From Rozella allomycis CSF55 (Eukaryota): DNA of 64,000 bases. The stretch covers positions 1 through 64,000 of the forward strand of contig KE561209.1 in the NCBI GenBank assembly GCA_000442015.1, written 5' to 3'. The notes under the pieces are model-generated. The model was not told the origin of the DNA. It did not search any database and saw only the letters and a program-made list of their open reading frames with translations. Position 1 is the first letter of the stretch, and each line of letters starts with the position of its first letter. The position numbers and the translations under genes are program-made. Positions 23,770 through 35,843 of this stretch are shown piece after piece.

Positions 23770-25773
23770 ATGAAGAAACTTTCGAGCTTTACAAGGAGTA
23801 TTCAAACCGTTTAGAAGTTGCTAATGGCACTCAAATGCCAATTATCGGTAACGGAAACATTCGCCTGGGAAATCTCAATTTACAAAACACCCTGCTGTGC
23901 CCACAAGCTACCCACAATTTAGTCTTTGTCCCACAACTAACCCGTGACGGATTCACCACATTCTTCACTGAAAACAAATGCCTCGTTCTGAAACTAACAC
24001 CACATCAAAACCAGACTCCGCTTTAGAACTGTGGGAGTCACGGGAACTAAATTTGACAACCATTCACGCCTTCAAACAGCCATGTTATATTCAAAAGCCA
24101 AAACAGAAACAAGACGACAAATTAAATGTCCGAGGCATCCCAGGCCGATTTCTCAACTACAGTATATCGCGTGCGGCATTTCGCATTTTGACGAAAGAAT
24201 TTCAAATCATTGAATCCAGGGATGTTAGATTCGTTAATGAGACAACACAAGATCACGAATTTTTTCTACCCCAGAAGCCAGACAGTGAATTCCTAGTGCA
24301 AGATGATGATCATGACCAAGTGCCTCAAGTTTCTCCAAAGAAGCCATCATTGTGTGACATTTCTGCTGGTAACATCATTGACACTCCACGTCGCCCGCAA
24401 GCATGCGTTTCAACTAATCAGCCCTTTCCAGAACTACCAGAAACCTTAACCCGATGAGCACAATACAAAAGCAATGAATTCCGAAATGAACAGTTTTTAT
24501 GAAAATAATGCTTTTTCAAAGTTCGAAGGAATCCCGGAAAAGGCCCCAATCGGTTCTAAATGGATTTTTACGTATAAGTACAACATTGACGGAAGTGTTC
24601 GATACAAAGCCAGGCTAGTCGCACGTGGATTTACTCAATGTGAAGGTGTGGATTTTAATGACACCTATGCACCAGTCTTAAGCCATCAATCTCTCAGAAT
24701 TGTACTCTCCATTGCTGCATCAAAAGACTTGGAATGTGATCAAAGTGATGTCAACACTGAGTTGTTAATACCAACTCTATCCCACAAAACTTACATGAAA
24801 CTTCCAGATGGAACAATTGTACGACTATGTAAATCTATCTACGGTCTCAAGCAAGGCTCTCACAAATGGTTCAAACATCTTAAAATTTTCCAACTGTCCA
24901 TTGGCTTAACCCAATCTAAACAGGATCCGTGTCTATTATATTCACTGACCACTGAATATACCTTCTATCTCGGCGTCTACGTTGATGATCTCTTGCTTAT
25001 TGGTGACCGAGGTATCGTCAATCAAATCAAAGAGAAACTACAATCAGCATTTCCCATAAAAGATATTTGTCCAGCAAAAACTTATCAAACAACACGCGCG
25101 ACCGGATTTTTCATATTGTGCCTCTCTGCTTGGTCGATTTCTTAGTTCGCCTGCTACCATTCACCTTCAGGCTGCGCGCCACGCCCTACGAAATGTAAAG
25201 GGCACTCAACAACATGAAATTCTTCGTGGAGGAGCACAGCTACAAATGGAAGCTTTCGCGGATGCCAGGCTACCGATGAAAACAACTGACACCCGCAACG
25301 CATTGAATTCATCTGAGCAACTGGCCATAAACACTCGAAGTCGATCAACCTCAGGGTTCATTATCAGGTTAGGTTTAGGCTGCATTGAATGGAGCTCAAA
25401 AACTCAGCATAAAATTAGTATAAGTTTTGTGTGAATCAGAATATCATGCTTTAGTAGAATGCACCAAATCAGTCATCTGGAACAATCGTCTTTAAATGAA
25501 TTAGAGATTAAACAGCAATGCCCAATCATATTTGAAGACAACCAGCCAGTCATCGACCTCATCAAAGGAAATGGACTATCATCCAGAAACAGACACATTC
25601 AAATGGAACATGACTTTCTTAACGATCTTTTACAAGCCCACGAAATTCAGATTCAGCATATCGGAACAAAGCTAGAGATAGCGGACTCTCTAACACAAAT
25701 CACCCAAGTCTGCCATTTGGCATGGTCTAGGAAGCTATTCAACTTGGTCCCGCATTCTCAGATTCAGGGGGGG
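23770..25773 (+). mobile_element. Ty1/Copia retrotransposon pol remnant (RT, RNase H), frameshifted
   Basis: Motifs IGSKWIF..K....RYKARLVARGFTQ.EGVDF.DTYAPV, KSIYGLKQ, YVDDLL, FADA, IFEDNQ and IADSLT. Polypurine tract AGGGGGGG ends at 25773. Confidence 0.92.
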
Positions 25774-26157
25774 TGAAAGACCAAACCTGAGAATTGAGGT
25801 CACGTGTCCAACCTATATAAATCACCCTTGTTAAATAAAAACCACTTCTTCATCTTACTTGTTTCTACATTGACTAGCATCAACTTCATTATCCATACCC
25901 TCGACTGCAATAGAATCAAAAACGTCTTAATCAACGACTCTAGCATCAACTGCATTATCCATATCCGCGACTGCAATAGAATCAAAAACTTCTTTATCAA
26001 CGACTGTTCTAAAATTAGCATTTTCTCTAGCCCCAATCACTCGGAAGTCTGATTTGCAATCTTCCGTGGACTCTTACGAGGCCTGAAAGTGTTTTTGTTA
26101 GCAAGTTACCTTTAATTTTTTTATCTAGCCCACGAAATTCTTGGCTATGCGGTTTCA
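25774..26157 (+). repeat. Probable 3' LTR of the Copia element, containing a 66-bp tandem duplication
   Basis: Begins TGAAA immediately after the PPT, with a candidate TTTCA end at 26153-26157. Contains TATAAA and a ~66-bp unit starting at 25875 and again at 25941. Confidence 0.5.
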
Positions 26158-26645
26158 AATCGCAGTCCATTTCCTGCAGGCACTCAAAGCGAAATGCTTC
26201 GTAATCGTCTTGTTAGTAAAAGGTTAAACTTTTTATACGACTGAATAAGTAATTTTTTTCTACTTGCGCGAATTTATCCGCGATAGCTTTATGCGTAGGT
26301 AACAAGCTAGGCGGTGACATTTTTTCGATATTTCTAAAAAGAGGATTCAAATTTAGTTCAAATTTCCTAATGTCGATTTTTCCGAAAGAAAGTTTAGGTA
26401 AAAATATTAATAGTAATACATTTATCAATATTTATTAACTTCCTGCGTACAAATTTCTTCCTGTTTTCTGTACTAGAAGGTCACCTTTTTCTTCAGTTCT
26501 TTGGGGTTTTAACTGTCAAGTGTATTACGTCCAAGATATTTCGCTTCGAAAGAGTGGTAATAAGGCCAATTAACGCATAAATGTGACAAATACTATAGGC
26601 GGTGCGGGAAAATGACAGATTGTACGGGAAAAATGTAATTCTTAT

Positions 26646-27402
26646 TGTCGCTCCATGCGCTTATAGTATCTTAATCCTCATAACTGATGTCGATTAAGAA
26701 TGGATTATCCTCTGTTCTATTTATTGATATCTTCTACTTGTCGAAACTCGCTTTTCGTTTATTGGAATACTGCTGACCTTTTTCATCTTTTTCTACTTGA
26801 GCGGTTAATGCAAACTCATTTTTGGATAGACCAACGCTTTCCAGGATGTCTAATTTTTTAAGAATCAGAGGCCTTTAAAGATATTTTCATGAAATTACCA
26901 AAATATATCATCCAGGGTGCCTTTTGCGAGTAAATAGTGAACATTGACAGAATCTTTTTGGCCTATTCTACGAGCTCTGTCTTCAGCTTGAACCAAAACC
27001 TATTTCATTATTATGTTGCAAATTTACACCGGGGTTCCAATACAATTCAGCAAACACTACAGTTGTGGCACTTGTCAAAGTTAAGCCAACGCTAGCAGCA
27101 GTTATGCTGAGAAGAGCAACCTTAATGTCTTCCTTCTTTTGAAATTTATTACATTTAGCAAACCTAGAATTTGTCGCTGTAGATCCATCAATCCTAATGT
27201 AATTTAATTATTAATTAAATAGTTTTATATGTTGCTCCTTTCAATAAATAGTATCTTTTCTATAATTAGTATCAGAATAGAGATCCGTCAGGATTAAGAG
27301 ATCCTTTAAAAGTTATGACTCCTCTCTTTGAAAATTATTCTAAGAAGCGATGAGCATTTCTGATGTGACAATTGAAGTGGGATGAGAATCCCTGGTACGA
27401 CA
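26646..27402 (+). mobile_element. LTR-like repeat (TGTCG...CGACA) enclosing the helicase fragment; further partial copies at 27545-28230
   Basis: The 5' ~40 bp (TGTCGCTCCATGC.CTTATAGTAT.TTAATCCTCATAA) and the 3' ~145 bp (TCAGAA.AGAGATCCGTCAGGATT...GAATCCCTGGTACGACA) both match the inverted copy at 62820-63071. Confidence 0.6.
26734..27205 (-). pseudogene. SMARCAL1/ZRANB3-like SNF2 helicase C-terminal fragment (two introns retained)
   Basis: YIRIDGST..SR...CNKFQ...IKVALLSITAASVGLTLTSATTVVFAELYWNPG | [34 protein letters not shown] | PLILKKL...* . No upstream ATPase lobe is present. Confidence 0.85.
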
Positions 27403-28454
27403 ATTGTCANCTTAATGTCTTCCTTCTTTTGAAATTTATTACATTTAGCAAACCTAGAATTTGTCGCTGTAGATCCATCAATCCTAATGTAATTTAATTA
27501 TTAATTAAATAGTTTTATATGTTGCTCCTTTCAATAAATAGTATCTTTTCTATAATTAGTATCAGAATAGAGATCCGTCAGGATTAAGAGATCCTTATGA
27601 GAATCCCACTATGAGATGTGGGATGAGAATCCCTGGTACGACAATAAGGATTAGTTTCTATGGTAACAGGATCGATTTCTTCTGTAAGCTTCCATGATGT
27701 TCTTTAGGTAATGAGTATCGCAGAATAAACATAATTAATTTCATTTCATGTTAACATTAGTATCATTTCTATAATTAGTATCAGAATAGAGATCCGTCAG
27801 AATTAAGAGATCATTTGAGAATTATGACTCCTCTCTTTGATAATTATTCTAAGAAGTGATGAGAATTCCTGATGTGACAATTGAAGTGGGATGAGAATCC
27901 CTGGTACGACAATTGTCACTTACAGTTCAGATCCACCGCAAATGGTTGTTATATTTGTATTAGTTGCTATTAAAGGTATCCAAAGACTCTCATGTTGGCC
28001 TTGATATCCGACCTTACGACAGGTGTCCCCCTGTGGGCCGTAGTCGGTGTTAAGGTAACATCGTTGAGATCCATCAAGAATGGTTGTAATATTCATGTTG
28101 ATGAATGTTAAAGGTNNNNNNNNNNNNNNNNNNNNNNNNNNNNNNNNNNNNNNNNNNNNNNNNNNNNNNGATGAGAATTCCTGATGTGACAATTGAAGTG
28201 GGATGAGAATCCCTGGTACGACAATTGTCACTTACATTTCAGATCCACCGCAAATGGTTGTTATATTTGTATTAGTTGCTATTAAAGGTATCCAAAGACT
28301 CTTATGTTGACTTTGATATTCGACCTTACTACAGGTGTGTACGACAGTTCGTGCTATAAATCGATTAACATTACTTTGTCATTTGTGGTACTGTGATATA
28401 TCATCTATTCTAAGATTGAAAAAAGTCAATATTTATTAATAATCTTAATGAGTT

Positions 28455-29002
28455 TTATTTATCGTGGAATGCTCTTAAGGACTTTCGCAATGAAAGAAGA
28501 GCATTTTGACTTTGTTGATGTGATTCTTCTTTGTTTGCAACAGGCTGAGAATCCAAGACAGAGTAATCAAGATGTTGTTCGGAAACAAATGGCGTGACTT
28601 GAACAGAAGGAATATCAGTGAAAGGGATTACACCGACGTTGTAAAGAGGAACTAAAGGAGTGACCATTAAGCAGCCTTTCTCGTTTTGATCGAATGAAAG
28701 ATTCTCAGAGTTTGAAAAGAAATGATTTTTTAAGTTTAGCAATAGCGACTGGAAAGAGTCTTCCTCGATATAGTCGATTTTTCTGTATAATCCGACAAAT
28801 TGAACAACCAGATAAAGACTTGCAAATGGCCCGAGATAGCGTCCATAATGGATTTGTGAAATATCGAAATCAGAAAGGTGGATGCTTTCAATAAGTTTTA
28901 GATTCTCCAAGATATTTTCTTTGGATTCCAAAGCGACTTTGAGAGCGAAATAATAAGCATTTTCAGCAAAAGAAGACACCAAGGCTGAGTATTGAGAGAA
29001 AG
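28455..29002 (-). CDS. Hypothetical protein, 3' fragment truncated at a gap
   Basis: Open frame of about 180 codons running up to the N at 29003; no recognised motif. Confidence 0.35.
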
Positions 29003-29461
29003 NCGCAGATTGGACTTGGTTGCTTTGATGCTTGAGATAAAGATTTTATTGAGTTACAACTTTACCCTTTACTAATGCTCCGGCCAAAGCGATCACAACG
29101 CTGACTTTGTATGAGCATGCTACAGACAATACAGCTTGCCGGGGACAGTTTGCTTGTCTCGCAGCTTCGTATAATTTATTATGGCTCGGCCATAACTAAT
29201 TAAAGAGGAAGATAAAGGCCATGATGAGCAACTGCGGAAAATCGGGTTTTTTGGTGCATGTAGTGACCAACTGCGGAAAATCGAAGTTTTTGACAAAAAA
29301 AGTTGTTCAAGAGGTGCACCGACGGCATTATAAATCCTACGTCAATATACAGAACGAAGCGTACTGTGACTATGTTTGGCTGAAACGTTCCAGGCGAAAC
29401 GAACACGAAAGGCAGCGAAAAAAAATCCTACCGCATTCAAACCAACTTCGGGGATTGAAAN

Positions 29462-29727
29462 ATTTTTAGGGTTGCCGCGAAACACAAATAATCTAGAACC
29501 GATTTTTTTCAAGTTAGAATCTAAATCTGTTAAACTCTCAAGCCTAAAATAAAATCCAAAAAATGAATGACGTCATACATGAACAACCAACGATTAACAG
29601 ATATACGATCAGACTTTGCATAATGGGGATCTATGATGAATATAGGAAGTAACTTTTCGCACTTAATCAAAAGCGCAGGATTGTCATGAAGTCTTTGGCC
29701 CTTTCGAAACCAGCATATAGCGTCCAT
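29462..29727 (-). CDS. (6-4) photolyase/cryptochrome, N-terminal exons (same gene as 21313-22707)
   Basis: MDAICWFRKGQRLHDNPALL...PIFIIDP...VNRWLF | LESLTDLDSNLKKIGSRLFVFRGNPK, ending at the N at 29461. Confidence 0.9.
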
Positions 29728-29916
29728 TATCCAAGCCACAATTGGATGTTCCATTCTTAATTTAGAAGCCACAATTGCATTTTGTTAATGATGTATTGCG
29801 GATTATCACTATCCAATTTGCTTTAGTTATTATTGTTTGTGAAAACTTTTTATCCACCAGACACCAGAGGATTGTTACGATCTATTTCAGGAATTTCTAA
29901 ATTCCAGCCACCCCGG

Positions 29917-31374
29917 ATGAAATATTTTTTGCACATTCTTATTATAGTTACCAAAATATGTTTCGTGATGTGCGCAAATACAAAGCAGACAAAATATCGC
30001 AAAATTAATGTCAAGTTCATCCAGCCTAATGGAAAGACTATTTCTTACACCAGATTGTCAAAGTTCAAACATCCCATTCCTTTGATAAAGAAAATGGCAA
30101 AGAAAAATTATAGACAATTAACACTTGATAATGCGCTAAGAACAAGAAATGCCGATGACGTCCTATTATTAAGGAAAGACAAGCAAAAGAACATTCAGTT
30201 TGCAAATCAAAGTGGTTTATTTGTCATTATATTATATGTTGTAAACTGGCTTGAAAATCCCAAATTCTTTGGTTCTGTTTCTTTATTCCTTGAACTATTA
30301 GAAAAGAGCGAATTCTCGTTTGATGTGGATCGCATTGTGCATTATTTGTGTCATTTTGAGCCATTGAAAGAATATTGTGCTAAATTATTTTCGTCCGTCT
30401 TTTCTAACAGAGCTATTGAAGGGACAGATGAGTTCAGATTTGTCAGTCAAGAAATTCAAGATTATATTTTTAAAATGCCGCATCTGGATATTCTGCCAAT
30501 GAATATGAAAGATTCTTTGTTTTTATATAAACTAAAACACAAATATGAAAAGAATTTTGATATATATCAAAATTACATTCTTGCAGTAGAATTCGACGAT
30601 AAAACTGTTATTTTTGACTCTGACTATGATGAGCTTGTTGGAACACTTTTGCAATTAAGACCTGAAAGATTCAATACCTTTTTCAATACTGCCCTTAAAG
30701 TTAGCGCTGTTGAAAAACTTAAACGTTGTTTTGAATGTAATGGCTTGTACGGAGAGGAACATATTATAACTNATGGATTGTACGGAGAGGAACACATTAT
30801 AACTATTCTAAATTCTTCTTTAACAAGTGATGAAAAATATTTCATTCTCTCTGGAATTGAGGGGTCAAGTGTTTCTTTAGAAAAGGCCATCGATCTCTGT
30901 ACAGCCCAGAATGAAATTAGAATCCGAAATAGCCTTTTTTCTAAAAACTTAAATAGCGGCACTTCATCTTTTCTGATTAGGAATACTGAATATCTAGAGA
31001 GTTTTGTAGATTTCGAGCCAAACTCTCAAGCGATTTTGCAGCAATTATATAAAACTTATGTTCACGTTAACATCCCTGTGGCTCAAAAGATTCTCAAGTA
31101 CATGGATCCTTTAGAGAAGAGTAAACTAATAGACATTACACTCGATTCATGCAATCTAGAGCTCCTAGAAGTTTTATTAGGAAAAAACTACTCAAGATTG
31201 CACGTAGAGCTGAAAAACAAAGAAAGATCTGAAAAGAAGCGCGAATGCCTCGGTAGATACTTTCGCCGACTGGCTGTTAACTTTAGTCTGCAAGATACAA
31301 GCGATCGATTACTCGAGTCTGTTCTGAAATCAACCGCCGAATACACTATTGAATTTTTCTCGTCCATATTGTAA
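29917..31374 (+). CDS. Putative secreted protein, family member B2
   Basis: Signal-like start MKYFLHILIIVTKICFVMCA. Blocks NYRQLTLDNALRTRN, IILYVVNWLENPKF, FRFVSQEIQ and ELVGTLLQLRPERF match B1. An 11-codon artefactual duplication surrounds the N at 30772. Confidence 0.75.
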   Translation: MKYFLHILIIVTKICFVMCANTKQTKYRKINVKFIQPNGKTISYTRLSKFKHPIPLIKKMAKKNYRQLTLDNALRTRNADDVLLLRKDKQKNIQFANQSGLFVIILYVVNWLENPKFFGSVSLFLELLEKSEFSFDVDRIVHYLCHFEPLKEYCAKLFSSVFSNRAIEGTDEFRFVSQEIQDYIFKMPHLDILPMNMKDSLFLYKLKHKYEKNFDIYQNYILAVEFDDKTVIFDSDYDELVGTLLQLRPERFNTFFNTALKVSAVEKLKRCFECNGLYGEEHIITXGLYGEEHIITILNSSLTSDEKYFILSGIEGSSVSLEKAIDLCTAQNEIRIRNSLFSKNLNSGTSSFLIRNTEYLESFVDFEPNSQAILQQLYKTYVHVNIPVAQKILKYMDPLEKSKLIDITLDSCNLELLEVLLGKNYSRLHVELKNKERSEKKRECLGRYFRRLAVNFSLQDTSDRLLESVLKSTAEYTIEFFSSIL

Positions 31375-31482
31375 ATAAATCATAAACGATGCATACTTTA
31401 CGATTTAGCAATTGCAGTTTCACCCAGCCACCCTATTCAATATTTTCACAACAATGAGTGATCCAGACTATCCAGGTACTTT

Positions 31483-33940
31483 ATGGAAATAAAGGTGAAA
31501 AAAGATATACCGCCTGATTTCATACCGATTGTTTCGAATGAATACAAGGTTAAAGTAACACCGCACAGATCTTTTGATTCCATGACCTGTATGTGCAGTT
31601 ACAAGCCTGGTACAAGTTGAATAACGAGTGTAATGCAGGTGATCCTATTGAGAAAGCGTGTGGAGAGTCCAGCGACTGTATGAACAGAATGCTGCTGTTT
31701 GAATGCCACCCTGATGACTGTCCGTGTGGCGATTCGTGTCAGAATCAGAGGTATTTATGTGTTGTGATTTGTAAAGGTTCCAGAAGCGGCAGTACCCCAA
31801 AGTTGAGGTGTTTAAAACAAGTGGAAAGGGCCACGGCATGAGGACGCTGGAAGATTTGTCACCGTAAGCTGGCGATTATATCTAAATAATTTATAGAAAC
31901 ACGTTTATAATGGAATACTGTGGGGAGGTGGTGGATGAGACGATGTTTATGCGCCGTTTGAGTGAATATTCGCAGCGGCATTTCTATTTCATGACTGTGG
32001 AAAAGGATCATGTAAGAATTTTGTGTTTGGAAATAAAGATTATTGATGCATCTAGAAAGGGAAATATTTCGAGGTTTATAAACCACTCGTGTGCACCTAA
32101 TTGTGCGACACAGAAATGGATTATCAATGGGATAACGAGAATTGGAATTTTCACGCTGAGGAAGATTCCAAAGGGGACTGAATTGACATTTGACTATAAA
32201 TTTGAATTTTATGGGTACGCATTGATTGTAGTGGTTATTTTAGGGAGCCTCAGAAGTGTCTTTGTGGAGAGCCGACATGCAAGGGTTATATTGGCAAAGC
32301 GAAGCAGATAGAGGAGAATTCGGACATAGAAGATGAGGATGATCAAGGGCCGGTTGAAAATAGGCCAAAGAAGAAGGAGTATATACCCCGGCCCATTGAT
32401 GTAGAAAAGGTGCAGCCACTTTTGGTTGAGATACTTCAAGCATCTAATGAAAGAAAGTTGTTAAAATATATAAAGAGATTTGAAGTAATTAAAGCAAGTT
32501 GGGTAAATGTAGGTGACAGATTCAGGGGAAGTATTTAGGTTGCTAGTGAAATCGCATGGGATAAAGATTATGGCAGGAATACTTGAAGAATATCCTGGTA
32601 GTTTAGATATAACGAGATGTGTGCTGAGAATCTTGGATAAAGTTAATCTTGGAACTCGTAATCCAATACAGGATGCAAAGTTGGATGAGATGGTGGGCAA
32701 CCTAAAGGAGCATTCTGATGCTATCGTGTCAATGTTATCAAAAAAGGTAATTAAAAGTGGTGGATGAAAATAGTTGGAGAATGAATGGTCAGAGCTTCCA
32801 GTTACGTATAGAATACCCAAGAGAAGAAAAGAGGATTGTAAAAAGGATAGAGTTAGTGAAGTTAAGCAACAAGAAGTGAGTAAGATTGGAGTGTCACCAA
32901 GTGAAGGAAGTGAGAGGGGATCGAATGGAGGATATAGAAGGCCATTTGAAAAGAGAAAGAGGGAAGAAAGGGAAGATTATGAAGGGAGAAGAGATTATGA
33001 TGTTAAAAGAGATTACGAAACAAAGAGAGGCTATGAAACAAAGAGCGATTACGAAGGGAAGAGAGACTTTGAAGGGAAAAGAGATTTTAACGCAAGGAGA
33101 GAATATGAAGGAAGATATGAAAGGGATTATGAAGGAAGGAATGAAAGAAGAGATTATGGGAGGCACAAAGTTGACAGAGACTATGAGAGGCACAAAGATG
33201 ACAGAGATTATGAAAGACACAAAGATGACAGAGATTATGAAAGAAGGAAATATGAAGGGAGAGATTACAACGATTATAGAGGGCGTAAAGATGAAAGAAA
33301 ATACAACGAAATGGAAAGAGGCAACGATAAAGAAAGCGAAAGATTCAAAGGAAGAGAAAGTTTTAACGGAAGCGAACGACTGAATGGGAAAGAAAGATTC
33401 AAAGATGAATATTCAAAAGAAAAAAATAAAAGAAATTTTGATCTAAAAAGAGATTTCGATTCTCGGAAAGATTCTGAAGACATTAACAAATTTATAAGGG
33501 ACATTAAAGATGGAAAAGAAAACGATCTATCAGATCTACAAGAAAAAGATGATCTAGATGGAAAAAAAGATCTGCAAGAAAAAAAAGATGAAAAAATATT
33601 TTCGGGATTCGCAGAAGATGATATAATGAGAGTTGTTAAAGAAGCAACAATCTCAAGAAAAGAAGAAAAATCTTCATTTAAAGAACAATTGTTCAATTTT
33701 GTTATAAAATATTTAAGTAAATTTAAAGATAAATTTGAAAAAGAAGAATTTAAGAAAATGGCCAGAAAAGTAATCTCTTTTCACCCTTGAAATTAGTTGT
33801 GTCACACATTAATAGATAAAGAAAAAAGATACAATGAAGAAAAAGGTATAACAGATCCTCCCACACTAACAGACGCAAAGAAACATAAAATCAAAGAATA
33901 CATCAAATCTTACTTGACACGCATTCAAAAAATAGATTAA
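31483..33940 (+). CDS. SET2: Histone H3K36 methyltransferase Set2 (AWS-SET-postSET...SRI), multi-exon
   Basis: AWS domain CGESSDCMNR...ECHPDDCPCGDSCQNQ; SET domain EYCGEV, IDASRKGNISRFINHSCAPN, ELTFDY; post-SET CLCGEPTCKGYIG; SRI-like C-terminus (VIKYLSKF..EEFKKMARK..HTLIDKE..KIKEYIK). Start codon uncertain. Confidence 0.9.
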
Positions 33941-34443
33941 TTCATTTACAAATACACAACAAAATAAACATTCCTTTATTAATTATATTTTCTTATTACT
34001 TGATACTACTGAATATTCCTATACTACAGTTACAACCACAAACCTTAAACCATTCAACTTTGTCGAAATATGATAATACAACAAAAGATGAGATTGCCAA
34101 AGGTAGTAGAAGTGGACACTACGACATAATCAGCTATCAACTAGATACACACTTCTAGACAAGCTTTTTCAGACTGAAGATGAAATAATAGCCGAACTGA
34201 AAAAAGAATGTCCTGGTCAAATGTTATTGGAGTTATCGACAGAAACAATAGGCGATCAATCTAGACAAATAGATATTCAGAACAAATCATGTACAATCAG
34301 AGACATTGATGCTTACGATGAAATAAAGAGTCAATTCAATTTCATCAATGACTACTTTGATTCTTCTGGTAAGTTCAAATTTTTGAAGAATTCAAAACGC
34401 GATTGTTAGAGAGAGAATGTATTGAAGTTTCAGGACATAAACT

Positions 34444-35270
34444 ATCACGGACGATCTTGCACAATATTAGTACGACTTGTGTTTCAGGACCCTGNGTTGT
34501 ACAAGGGATCCTTTGCTTTAAAAGGTCAAAATAGAGCACGTTGAAGACATGATATTATCTTTTTGTTGGTGGCTTTTGTTCCCTGCGCCTCACGTGTTCT
34601 AGAACCAAGACGACAATTGAAACTTTCATGTCCTTTTTGATCTTTAATATGTCAGTTTTTCGTTTTATTATCAATTATCATCTTTCTTAATTTCTATAAT
34701 CATCATTACAATCTATCATCATAATTTCAAATTCTAATAGTCATTATCATTTCCTCATAATTTATTTCTATTTAGTTCTTATGTTTTCTATTTTTCTTAT
34801 CCANTCAAAATAGGGCACCTTGAAGACTTATTATTTTTTTCTTCTTGGTGGCTTTTGTTCCCTGCGCCTCAAGTGTTTTAGAACCAAGACGACATTAAAA
34901 CCTTTCCATGTTTTTTTGATCTTTAATATGTCAGTTTTTCTTTTCGTTATCAATTATCATATTTCTTAATTTCTATAATCATCATTACGATTTATCATCA
35001 TGATTTCAAGTTCTGATAGTCATTATCATTTTCTCATAATTTATTTCTATTTAGTTCTTATGTTTTCTATTTTTCTAATCCAAATATCATTTATTTTTAA
35101 TCTTCAAGAAACTCCTTTTTTTCAATTTGTAATTTCAAAAGTCGATTTTTCTTTTCTATATAAAAATAAGAAGATATTTGTCAAAGTGAAAATGCAAATT
35201 TTATTGTATAAAATATTGGCTTATGAAGAGTGATTTGTTTTGTTTTAGTGGAAACAACAGGTCTGCCAGC
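34444..35270 (+). mobile_element. Fragments of the short-LTR non-autonomous element (partial LTR plus two internal copies)
   Basis: TCACGGACGATCTTGCACAATATTAGTACGACTTGTG LTR fragment, and internal sequence matching 38760-39170 and 41450-41890. Interrupted by Ns. Confidence 0.75.
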
Positions 35271-35843
35271 NCCTTTGTTAGCTAACCCATTTTTGAACTT
35301 GGATTTTTCCGAATAAAAGTGTAGGTAAAATCCCGACAATTCCCAAATACAAAAATGCCGAAAAAGGGTCTTTCTTTCACACAAAAAATAGCACTTGCTT
35401 GCAAGTATAATATTTATGCCATGCTGCATCGCCTAATTGCAAGTTACTTCAAGTATCTTAAGCGATTGATCAAATTATTGATCGTATTCGCGGATACCCA
35501 TATCCGCCAACTGTAGAAGCAGAAACTATCATTAGCACTCGCGTAAAGGCTACCGGTCATGCACTTAACCAACATTCAGCATAAAGCCGACCGAAGTTTT
35601 TACAGAGGAACAACTCTCTCAAAAGGTCACAAGAGGTTGAGATGATGACATTTTTAAGACTTGTAAGGACGGAATTCATGATCATCTTCTAGTCCAGTAC
35701 ATTAAAAGGGAACAAAGGCATGAATTGAACGACAGGTCTCTGACTAGAGATATANTTTCTTTAAAATTAAATTGTCATCATTTTCTTCTACCGACGTCTT
35801 TAAAGATAAAGCAGCTACTTGAGACCTAAATTTACATTTCCTN

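Noticed and set aside
27256..28350. Recurring GGGATGAGAATCCCTGGTACGACAAT units as a CRISPR-like array
   Set aside because: The spacing is irregular, the flanks are also repeated, the copies are separated by N gaps, the context is eukaryotic and there are no cas genes. These are LTR-like repeat copies and assembly overlaps.
21313..29727. Trans-splicing or a giant intron in the photolyase gene
   Set aside because: Both breakpoints are Ns with no visible splice sites, and all other introns here are about 30 nt or shorter.
32886..33696. Overlapping and antisense ORFs within Set2
   Set aside because: They are by-products of the purine-rich low-complexity tract.
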